Below the pieces are notes generated by a model. It worked only from the letters and a program-made list of their open reading frames with translations, had not been told where the DNA came from and did not search any database. The position numbers were made by a program, and so were the translations under genes. Shown here in pieces: positions 36,122 to 46,538 of a stretch of DNA of 64,000 nt (its first letter is position 1; each line of letters opens with the position of its first letter). The stretch comes from Anaeramoeba ignava BMAN. Its lineage: Eukaryota; Protista; Anaeramoebae. Location of the stretch: the NCBI GenBank assembly GCA_028826165.1, contig JAPDFW010000088.1, positions 1 to 64,000 of the forward strand. The letters run 5' to 3'.

Positions 36122-38509
36122 ATGAACAACAAAAAAGAAACACAAGAAAGTCAAGAAAATCAAGAAATTGAAGACGTAGAAGACAACCAAAAGATTGAAC
36201 AAGTTAACACACAAAAGGAAGAAATGAAGGAAGATTTGATGAAAAACCAAGAAGATGAAAAAAGTGAAGAAACACCAAAAGAAGAAGAAAAAAATCAAGA
36301 AGAAAATTCAACTGAAAAAAATCAAGAAGAAAATTCAACTGAAAAAAAAGAAGAAGAAAAAAATCAAGAAGAAAAAAATCAAATTGAAAAAAATCAAGAA
36401 AAAAATCAAGAAGAAAAAAATCAAATTGAAAATGATCAAATTTCTCATTCAAATAAAATTGCTATCAAATCTGGAAATGGTGATGTTATTTATGAAGATA
36501 CAAATGATTCTGATGAATATTTTCCTGCTCAAACTCAAAAACAAACATCAAATCAAAATCAAAATCAAATTCAAAATCAAATTCAAAATCAAGTTCAAAT
36601 TGAAAATCAAAATCAAAATCACATTTTCATAAATCAAAATCAAAATCAAATTAAAAATCAAAATCAAAATCAAAATCAAAATCAAAATCAAAATCAAAAT
36701 CAAAATCAAAATCAAAATCAAAATCAAAATCAAAATCAAAATCAAAATCAAAATCAAAATCAAAATCAAAATCAAAATCAAAATCAAAATCAATTTCTCA
36801 ATTCAGAAGATTACGAGACAAAAGAACAACAAAATCGAACAATTAATCAACAAATCCAAACAAAAGATCAAACAAAAGATCAAACAAAAGAATACATTTC
36901 CTTCAATGTAGTATTTTTGGATCAAAATTTACAAATTATTCAATCAAGCGTTTTTCTTTCAATAGCAAACAATGAAATCAAACTTCAACTTAACAATAAC
37001 CAAATTTTCCAAAATCACATCACAGAAGTCAGTGTTGCTCCAAACCTCAGCAATCCATTCCTTACTCGTGTAGTTTTCTTGCAAAATCAAAGTTTCATTC
37101 TTGCATTCCAATCAATCGAGGAAAAAAACTTCTTTTTGAAAATGTACATTGAAAATTCAAGAATTCAATTACAAAAAAAACAATTAGAACAAGAAACAAA
37201 ATCAAAGAAGAAAAAAGGCTACAAAGTAGAAATTATCAATCCATATCATCAAAAACTCAGCGATGCCAAGCTTATTCTTGAGAACAACAAACTTACATTG
37301 CTTACAAAAGAAGAATTATCACCAAATGTTTTCCAAAAAAACGTCAGAATCAAAAGAAAAATCGAATATCCAAATGTTTTGATTTTTTCTTCTACAAAAA
37401 AATCTTTTTTCGATTGTTCAAATGATAGAGTTTACGTTAGATTTCCAAGTATAAGCAGTTCAAATGAATTTGTTCGTGATTTCCAACTATTAAAATCTTC
37501 TCAATTGAATTCAAAACCAATCGCAAATCAAAATCAAAATCAAAAGAAAATTTCATCAGGAATTCAATTTCCGATTCAGTTGTATTCCTCAAGTTATGTT
37601 ATTCAAGTAGCAACTCTTGAAATTGGGCAAAGAATGGTCAGAATATTTGATCAAAATGGATCACGATTATCCCAAATTGACAAATTGAAGCTTGTGGAAC
37701 CAATCAATCCAGAACTTGGAATTTTTGAGATGATGTTTTTAAACGATAATTCTTCACTCAAATTTTCTTTTTCCAATTTCAACGATGCTCAAGCGTTTCG
37801 ACAACTTTACTATTCTTCATTAGGATCAAAGAACACATCAAATCCAAATCCAAATCCAAATTCAACACAAAATCAAAAGCAAGATTCAAATATTCGCTAT
37901 CAAATTGATGTTCTGAATAACAAATTCCAAAAAATCGATCAAGGAAAGGTTGTTTTTAATAAGAAATTCATCTCAATCTACACAAAGTATGAAAAATATC
38001 AAAATTTAGAAAGAAAAAAATTAGAGTTCAAAATTATTACTGTTGATAAAAAAGTGATTGAAGTTATAATTTCTCGCAAAAAAGAAGGATCCAAAAGATT
38101 TTGCACAACAAATGAAGATTCAATGATAATGCGTTTCAAAACACCAAAAGAGGCTGAAATGTTTCTTTATTTCGAAGAAGGAAAAGAAACCCCAAATCAA
38201 AATCAAAATCCAAAATCCAAATCAAAATCCAAATCAAAATCAAAATCACAATTTTCTGTTATGATGCTTACAAAAAATAAACAAGTTATAAAGGCTCAAA
38301 TAAACTTGAACAATGAATCTATGGCGATAAGTTTTGCTGGACTTGTTGTGTATTCATTTTATCACCAAACCTCTATTTCTCATATTCCAAGTTTTCCTCG
38401 AAATTTAAGATTAAATTTTGAAAAGGATAATTCTCATTTTTACATTGAATTTCCAAATGCTGAAGAAATTAATAATTTTATTGAAGAATTTACTAAAAAA
38501 TTCATTTGA
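36122..38509 (+). CDS. 795-aa protein: acidic/NQ low-complexity N-terminus plus about five tandem PH-like domains
   Basis: Long intact ORF. Five beta-rich segments each end in a PH/RanBD-like C-terminal helix motif: LAFQSIEEKNFF, VRFPSISSSNEF, FSFSNFNDAQAF, MRFKTPKEAEMF, IEFPNAEEINNF. Confidence 0.75.
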   Translation: MNNKKETQESQENQEIEDVEDNQKIEQVNTQKEEMKEDLMKNQEDEKSEETPKEEEKNQEENSTEKNQEENSTEKKEEEKNQEEKNQIEKNQEKNQEEKNQIENDQISHSNKIAIKSGNGDVIYEDTNDSDEYFPAQTQKQTSNQNQNQIQNQIQNQVQIENQNQNHIFINQNQNQIKNQNQNQNQNQNQNQNQNQNQNQNQNQNQNQNQNQNQNQNQNQNQNQFLNSEDYETKEQQNRTINQQIQTKDQTKDQTKEYISFNVVFLDQNLQIIQSSVFLSIANNEIKLQLNNNQIFQNHITEVSVAPNLSNPFLTRVVFLQNQSFILAFQSIEEKNFFLKMYIENSRIQLQKKQLEQETKSKKKKGYKVEIINPYHQKLSDAKLILENNKLTLLTKEELSPNVFQKNVRIKRKIEYPNVLIFSSTKKSFFDCSNDRVYVRFPSISSSNEFVRDFQLLKSSQLNSKPIANQNQNQKKISSGIQFPIQLYSSSYVIQVATLEIGQRMVRIFDQNGSRLSQIDKLKLVEPINPELGIFEMMFLNDNSSLKFSFSNFNDAQAFRQLYYSSLGSKNTSNPNPNPNSTQNQKQDSNIRYQIDVLNNKFQKIDQGKVVFNKKFISIYTKYEKYQNLERKKLEFKIITVDKKVIEVIISRKKEGSKRFCTTNEDSMIMRFKTPKEAEMFLYFEEGKETPNQNQNPKSKSKSKSKSKSQFSVMMLTKNKQVIKAQINLNNESMAISFAGLVVYSFYHQTSISHIPSFPRNLRLNFEKDNSHFYIEFPNAEEINNFIEEFTKKFI

Positions 38510-39254
38510 AAAAGTTCAAGATATTTCAAAAAAAAGTAAAAAATCACAAATGAACAATTGATAAAGATTGGATTTCTTCTTAGTTTTTTTTTTTCACTTT
38601 TTTTTTGATTTGTCTTTTTTTTTTTCATCATTCTTAATTGATTTTGAAATCCAAAATAAACCAAAATTGTTTGGAATTTAAAACAAGCAATTATTTTTTT
38701 TGTTTTAAAAATTTTAGAAGTAAATTTTAATTAAATCTTTAATCCAAAAATTTTCATCAAAAAAAAAAAAATTTTTTTTCATTTTCATTTTTATTATTTT
38801 TTTTCAAAGATTTGTTTCAGGATTAATTTAATAATTTGCAAGAAAAAACTCTTTAGAAATATTTTTGAAGTAAGTTTTATTTAAAGTGAAAAATTTTTTT
38901 AAGTTTTTTTTTTAATTTTTTTTTTCATTTTTTTTTAATTGCAAATATAAAAAATTTATATTAGTAATAATAAAATACAACTGGATAAAAAAAAAATGAA
39001 CAACAAAGAAAAATAAAATACAAATAAAAAAATCAAATTTCTTATTAAAAATAATCATAATAAAAAATTTTTTAAATTAAATAATTTTAATTTAATCTTC
39101 AATTATTATTCTCTTTTTTTTTTAAAAAAAATAATAAATTTAATTTACAAATCATTTAAATAATATGATTTAAATAACGAAAAAAAAATAATAATAAAAA
39201 TAACTGATCATTTTTTTTTCATTTTTTTTCTATTAAAATTAAAAGAAAATTAGA

Positions 39255-41333
39255 ATGAAAACGATAAATTTGATACTTTTTGCGATAATTTTTCTTTCTT
39301 CTTCTTTTCCTTCTTCTCAAAATTCAATAGTTGAAATTGATTCTGAGAATTTTACTCGACTTTTATCTCAATCATCGAATTGGTTTGTTATATTTGTTGC
39401 TTCTTGGTGTGTTCATTGTGAACCTGTAAGTTTTATCAAATCAAAAATTTGTTTTTTTTGCTTTCTTTTTCTTTTAAACTAAAATCAATGTTAAAATTTA
39501 AAATTAAAATTAAAATTAAAATTAAAATCAAAATCAATATTAAAATTTAAATTTAATTTAAAATTAAAATTAAAATTAAAATTAAAAAAATTAAAATCAA
39601 AATTAAAATTTAATATTAAAATTAATATTAAAATCAATATTAAAATTTAAATTTAAAATGAAAATTAAAATTAAAATCAATATTAAAATTGAAATTGAAA
39701 TCAAAATTAAAATCAAAATTAAAATCAAAATTAAAATTAAAATTAAAATCAATATTTAATATTAATATCAATATCAAAATTAAAATGAAAATTAAAATTA
39801 ATATTAAAATTGAAATCAAAAATTAAAATCAAAATTAATATTAAAATTAAAATCTAAATTAAAATCAAAATTAAAATTAAAATTAAAATCAAAATCAATA
39901 TTTAAAATCAAAATTAAAATTAAAATTAAAATTAAAATCAAAATTAAAATTAAAATCAAAATTAAAATCAAAATTAAAATTAAAATCAATATTAAAATCA
40001 AAATTAAAATTAAAATCAATATTAAAATGAAAATCAAAATTAAATTTAAAATCAAAATCAATATCAAAAATGAAAATCAAAAATGAAAATCAAAAATCAA
40101 ATTGAAAATTAAAATCAAAATCAAAATTAAAATCAAAATTAAAATCAAAATCAAAAGCTTGAAAATAAATTTATAGCAGCATCAACATTATACGAAGGGG
40201 AAGTTTCATTTGGAAAAGTTGACTGCAACGAAAACTACGAAATATGCGATTCACTAAAAATAGATTACCTACCTAGCCTTGTATTTTTCAGTGATCAAAC
40301 AGCGCACCGATACCTAAAAGACGATCCAACGGAAAGCGATCTACTGTCATTCACTGAGAAAATGTCACACCCCGTGCTTTCCAAACTAACGAACCTGGAC
40401 TCAATACCGCGACACTTGAGCCAGAATTACACGGTGTTTATAGTTGCGACGCCGAACCAAATGACGCGAGAAGGATCGATCGCATTGATCATGCCTTTTG
40501 CTATTAAGTACAAAAGTCGAAGTTACTTTTATATGGCCGATACGACATGGCTGATCGATGAACTCCGCAAGAGACTTCCTTCTCCATTGTGGGAGAGCAT
40601 GCTTAAAATAGCGACGCTAATGCTTGAGCTTAAGCATCCGGTTATTTTGGCTGGGATCGATCCAGAAACAAGTGTTTTTTTGCCTTGCGATCCGTTCCAA
40701 AAGGGAAAACTCCAATCCTGGATCCGCAAGAATACCATGAGCCTCATCTCAGAGCTTTCGGAACTATCATACCAAGATCTTCTTTATTACCCAAAAAAAA
40801 CTGCAATTGCGGCCGTTAACCTGTCAAATCCAGAAACAACTGAATTTTTCCAATTATATCGACAAGTCGCAAAAAATTATACTGATTTCATCATCTTTTC
40901 CTGGATCAATGTCGACAAATGGGCAAAGTTTCTTGAGCAATATCATCTTGATCCAGCAAAAACACCTTCGATTCTTTTTATTGATTCAAAAACTGAGGAA
41001 TATTATGTCAAAACTGATAATATGCTTGATTTGAATTCTTTGTCTACTTTTTTGGATCAAGTCAAAAAGAAACAGATAAAATCAAAGAGTAGATTATCCG
41101 CGTTTGTTCGGCTGACTCGATATATCAAGCAAAAGTTTAGTTTTGCGGGAAATCATCTTGTCAAATTTATTGTTTCCATTTTCGCACTTATTCTTGCTTT
41201 TCTTTTTTTACTCAAGAATTTGTTGAATAAAAATAAAGATCAGCCCAATAATAATAATTCTGGAAGGAAAATCAAACGCAATTCAAGTAAAGAAAAGAAG
41301 AAGAGAAAAAAAAGAAACGGACAAAATAATTGA
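39255..41333 (+). CDS. Membrane-anchored PDI/thioredoxin family protein (TMX3-like). Exons 39255-39425, 40158-41333
   Basis: Signal peptide; FVASWCVHCEP|LENKF...FGKVDCNE...YLPSLVFF; b/b'-like domains (IIFSWINVDKW...TPSILFID); C-terminal TM helix and basic tail. The phase-0 GTAAGT...AAG intron is in frame. Confidence 0.87.
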
Positions 41334-41410
41334 TTAAAACAAAAAAAAATATAATGATTTAAAGTTTTATTTTCATTCTTTTTCTTTTTCTTTTTCTTTT
41401 TCTTTTGTGA

Positions 41411-42760
41411 TTAAAATCGTTTCACAAAAACATAAAGACAAACAAGAAGAAAAAAAATTGATCCAAAAACAACTAAATAAAAATCAAATTTTTCTTTTCT
41501 TTTGATTTGGGAAAGGAGATTGTGTCCCATTTGAATAAAATCAGAAACAGAATAATTTTCAGTTAATGTTTTTTCGAGAGTTTGAGAAGATCCATCTAAA
41601 AAAAAATAAAAATCGAATTTAATTTAATTTAATTTAATTTAATTTAATATTGAATATTGAATATTGAATTTAATTGAATATTGAATATTGAATATTGAAT
41701 ATTTAATTGAATATTAAATTGAATATTGAATATTTAATTGGAATTTAATATTGAATTGAATATTGAACTGAATTGAATATTTAATATTGAATATTGAATA
41801 TTGAATATTGAATATTGAATTGAATTGAATTAAATATTGAATTAAATATTGAATTGAATATTGAATATTTAATATTAAATATTGAATTGAATATTGAATA
41901 TTTAATATTGAATTGAATATTGAATTGAATATTGAATATTGAATTGAATATTGAATATTGAATTGAATATTGAACTGAATTGAATATTTAATATTGAATT
42001 GAATTGAAAAATTATCAACCTAATATTTCTAAAATATGTGCACTTTTTTGTACTTCATCAGACATTAAGTTTACAGTTTTAACAAGTTCTTTTGTGATTT
42101 TCTTGTTTAATTCTTGATCTGTTTTATCCTTTTTGGATCTTAATGAAATACTTGAATAATCTTGTTCTAATAAAAGTTCTCTTTCTTTTATTTCTTGTTT
42201 TTTTTGGATTTGGAAAATTTTAATTCCAATTTGTCGAATTAAATTATCGCAACTTTAAAAATAAAGATTTATATTTAAATTTAAATTTGAATTTTGAATT
42301 TGTATTTTTATTTGAATTTGAATTTATATTTGTATTTATATTTGAATTTGTATTTATATTTGAATTTATATTTGTATTTATATTTAAATTTGAATTTATA
42401 TTTGTATTTGTATTTGTATTTTAATTTATATTTGTATTTGAATTTATATTTGTATTTGAATTTGAATTTGAATTTGAATTTAAATTTTAATTTTAATTTT
42501 GATTTAGATTTGAATTGAATTTGAATTTAAATTTAAATTTGAATTTAAATTTGTTTCTACTCTTTAAATAAAGTTTTTGTTTTCTCCGTTTTTTGTTGTT
42601 TATCATTTATAATCGTTTTTTGAATTTCTTTGATTTGTTTTTTCACTTTTTTTAAATCTTTTAAAATTTGTTCAAAATTAATTTCTTTTTCTTGTTCAGT
42701 TTGTAATAAAATTTTTTGTAAAAAAACACGATTTTTAATCAAAGATTCTTCAATATTCAT
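41411..42760 (-). CDS. SEC20: ER SNARE Sec20/BNIP1. Exons 42760-42561, 42252-42020, 41595-41411
   Basis: The spliced product contains ITKELVKTVNLMSDEVQKSAHILEILDGSSQTLEKT...LLSQIKRKEKFDFYLVVFGSIFFLLVCLYVFVKRF*, the Sec20 SNARE motif plus tail anchor. Intron phases 2 and 1 are consistent. Confidence 0.82.
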
Positions 42761-43035
42761 TTTTTTTTTATTTTTATATTTTTTATATTTTTTAAAAAAA
42801 GAAAAAAAATGAAAAAAAAAATATTTGAAAAAAAAAAAAGAAGAAGAAGTAATTTTATAACAAATTTCAAAATATAAGCTTCATTTTCCTCTGCAAGCAA
42901 ACCTGGAAAAATCTAAATAAAGAAAGAAAGAAAGAAAAAAAAGGGAAGAAACAAAAAGTAAAATAAAAATACTAAACTGCAAAGAATTTAGGAAAGAAAT
43001 GAAAAATAAGAAAAAAAAGACACAATATATTTTGT

Positions 43036-46000
43036 TCAAAGGTAATGCTTGCGTTGATTTGGGAAAACGGCACGGTCATCCTTAGCTTCTTGAGGCAAAG
43101 AATGGATCTGTTGATGAGAAGAGTTTAGAACGAAATTTTGAGGGATAGAATTATCTCTTTTTTCAAAAGGAATTTGATGTGAATTTTTTTCAAAAGGAAT
43201 TTGATGTGAATTTTTTTCAAAAGGAATTTGATGTGAATTTTTTTCAAAAGGAATTTGATGTGAATTTTTTTCAAAAGGAATTTGATGTGAATTTTGTGAT
43301 TTTTGAGGGGGATAATGTGAATTTTTGGGGGGTATTGGTTCTAATTTTGAGGGAATTGGATTATTTCTTTGATGGTAATTGTTTGTGGAGTGGTAGTGAA
43401 TATGTTGGTGTGAATGAGTGTGTTCTTGATGAAGAAATACACTTGTGTTGTAATTGTATTGTTGTTTTTGTTGTTGTTGTTGTTGTGGTTTTTGTTGTTG
43501 TTGTTGCGGTTGTTGTTGTGGTGGTTGTGGTTGTTGTTGTTGTTGTGGTTGGGGATGTATCCCGAAATTCCGTTGAGTTGTTCGTGAGAATTTGTTTTCT
43601 TGGTTTTCTTGATGATATTTCCGATATGGATGATACGGTTGGTTAGGGTTGTGAGGGTATTTGTGATGGATCGGTTTGGTTCCGTGTGGTGGTTTTGCAT
43701 GAGGATGAGGATGTTGATATGGATGCTGGTATGGATGTTGATATGGATGTTGATATGGATGTTGATATCCATGATTTTGTGGATGTCCATGCCCGTAATA
43801 TCCATGTGTTTGTTGATGTGGATGTGCTGCTTCATGTACATTTGTTTCTGTGTTTGCTTGTTTTTCTTTCTCATTCTCATTTTCTTTTTCTTTTTCTTTT
43901 TCTTTTTCTAAACTTTTTTGTGACTCAATTTCAAGTTTGGTTGGTTGAGTTCGAGTATTATTATTGAACCGCCCGCTCGTTTTTTTATAATGATCAAATG
44001 AATGTTTCACTTGCTTTGGAAACGTTGGGTTCGAATAGTTCAAATAGGGTTTATCAGGTCGTTTTGGTGCGAAATTACGATGTTCAATTCGCGTGTTTTT
44101 GAAGTTTTGTTTCTTGACAAAAACTTCAGTTTTGAACTGATTTCGATCCCTGGCTTGGCGGTTCATGTTCATATTCCTTCTGCGCTCTTTAACATCGAGT
44201 TCGTAACATGATGTATAAGTGCGGAAAGAGCCTATCTCACCCGGCATTGGATCTGTCCAGAAGAAATCATGGTCCAGAGCCTGCTCCGCAGTGATCCTGT
44301 TTTCGGGATCCAAAGAAAGTAGTTTGTCGAGTAGATCTACGCCTTCGGAACCCATAAGCGTGCGGTATTTCATCCGCAAATTCCGCTCGTATTTTTTCTT
44401 GATTGAATATTTTTGTATAAACGGAAGATTCTCGGCAGTCTTCCATCCAGTCGATTCAGGTGTTCCACAAAGACTGAAAATATAATCGAGTTGTTCGAAC
44501 TCGTTGTCGCCAGGAAAGAGTGGTTTGCGTGTGAAGAGTTCCGCAAGAACACATCCTGCAGACCACATGTCAATTGCACCTGTGTATTCCTTCGCGCCAA
44601 GTAACAATTCTGGCGCACGATACCACAGTGTTACTACTCGGTTTGTGTATGTGTTTTTTTGTTTGTGGAATGATTTTGCAAGTCCGAAATCCCCCAGTTT
44701 AAGCTCCCCTTTGTTGCTTATTAACAAATTCGCTGCCTTCACATCGCGATGATACACTTGGTGATTGTGGCAGAAAAATAACGCCTCAAGTAACTGTTGA
44801 AAATAGCACTTGATTTGTGGCAATGTGAATCCTGTGATCTGAGGCGAATTGCTTAATCCTACTAAATCATGATCCATATATTCAAATACTAAATAAAATT
44901 CCATCGGTTTTGTTATGTCACTAAAATTAGGTCCTGTTGTTACTACCTCTTTCAATTTGATTATGTTTCTGTGCTCCAGTTTTTGAAGTAAAATAATCTC
45001 CCGAATTGCTGTTATTGGAAATCCTTGTTTTTCTTGTTCAAGTTTTATTTTTTTTAATGCTACAATTTCCCCGCTTTCTTTGTCTTTAGCTTTGATTACT
45101 TGTCCGTACGTTCCATCTCCTACTACTTTGATCTTCTCAAACATGCTGATATCTCGTGAACAAAAGTTTTCCAGTTTATTTTTGTTTTGATTTCTATTGC
45201 ATCCAAATAAGTCAATTCAATTTAAATTTAATTTTAAATTTAAACAGAATTAAATTTAATTCAAAATTTCAATAAATTTTAAATAAATTTAATTTAATTT
45301 AATTTTAATTTAATTTAATTTAAATTAATTTTAATTTATTTTAATTTTAATTTTAATTTAATTTAATTTTAATTTAATTTTAATTTAATTTAATTTAATT
45401 TAATTTAATTTTAATTTTAATTTTAATTTTAATTTTAATTTTAATTTTAATTTTAATTTAATTTTAATTTTAAATTTAAACAGAATTAAATTTAATTCAA
45501 TTTCAATAAATTTTAAATTTAATTTTAATTTTAATTTTAATTTTAATATTAATTTTAATTTAATTTTAATATTAATTTTAATAATTTTAATTTTAATTTA
45601 ATTTAATTTAATTTTAATTTAATTTTAATTTTAATTTTAATTTTAATTTTAATTTTAATTTTAATTTAATTTAATTTTAATTTAATTTTAATTTTAATTT
45701 ATTTTAATTTTAATTTTAATTTTAATTTAAATTTTAATTTTATTTTAATTTAATTTTAATTTTAATTTTAATTTTAATTTAATTTTAATTTAATTTTTAA
45801 TTTTTAATTTTAATTTTAATTTTAATTTAATTTAATTTAATTTTAATTTAATTTAATTTTTAAATTTAATTTTAATTTTAATTTTTAAATTCATTAAAAC
45901 AAAATGGACATAATTTTTTTTTCAATAAATAATTTAATTTTAGAATAAAAAAAAAAAGGAAAAAAAAATTTAAATTAAATTAAATTTAAATTAAATTAAA

Positions 46001-46161
46001 TTAATCTCTTTAACATTTTTCATAAACATTATAATCAAAAACATTCAATTTTTGTGATGTGTTTTTTTTTTTTTAAATAAAATTTTTTTTTATGCAACAT
46101 TTCAATTTAATTTATAAATAAATTATAAATAAATCTTTAACAAAAACCTTTTTTGTTGCAT
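43036..46161 (-). CDS. CDK9/CDK12-type (PITAIRE) CTD kinase with a His/Pro/Gln-rich tail. Probable exons 46161-46148 and 45193-43036
   Basis: GDGTYG, VALKK, GFPITAIRE, HRDVKAANLL, DFG, YTNRVVTLWYRAPE, ALDHDFFWTDPMP. The tentative micro-exon ATGCAACAAAAAAG|GT joins in frame via TAG at 45194. Confidence 0.92.
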
Positions 46162-46538
46162 AAGTAATTTCTTTTGTTGAATTTATATTTGTTTTTGAAT
46201 TTATAAAAGAGTTTATAAGATAAAATAAATGTGCAAAGTTTATAAAAAAAGAAGTAAAGTAAGTTAACAAAGATCAACAAAAAGAAAAATGAAAATTAAA
46301 AAAAAAAATGAATTTAAAAAAAAAAAAAAAAATTTTTTTAAAATAAAAAATTTAAATTAAAAAAGAAATTAAATTAAAAGTTGACAATCAAACGTCATTT
46401 AAATAATTTTTTTTTTCCTTTTTTTATTTTAATTTTTTTATTTTAATTTTTTTATTTTAAATGATCAAAAAAAAAAGAAAAAAGGAGAAAAAATAATAAT
46501 TAAAATATTTTTTTCTCCTTTCTTTTTTCTTTTTTTAA

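Noticed and set aside
43179-44752. Overlapping plus-strand and alternate-frame ORFs over the kinase gene
   Set aside because: They arise from the higher GC and repeat content of the real minus-strand CDS and have no recognisable motifs.
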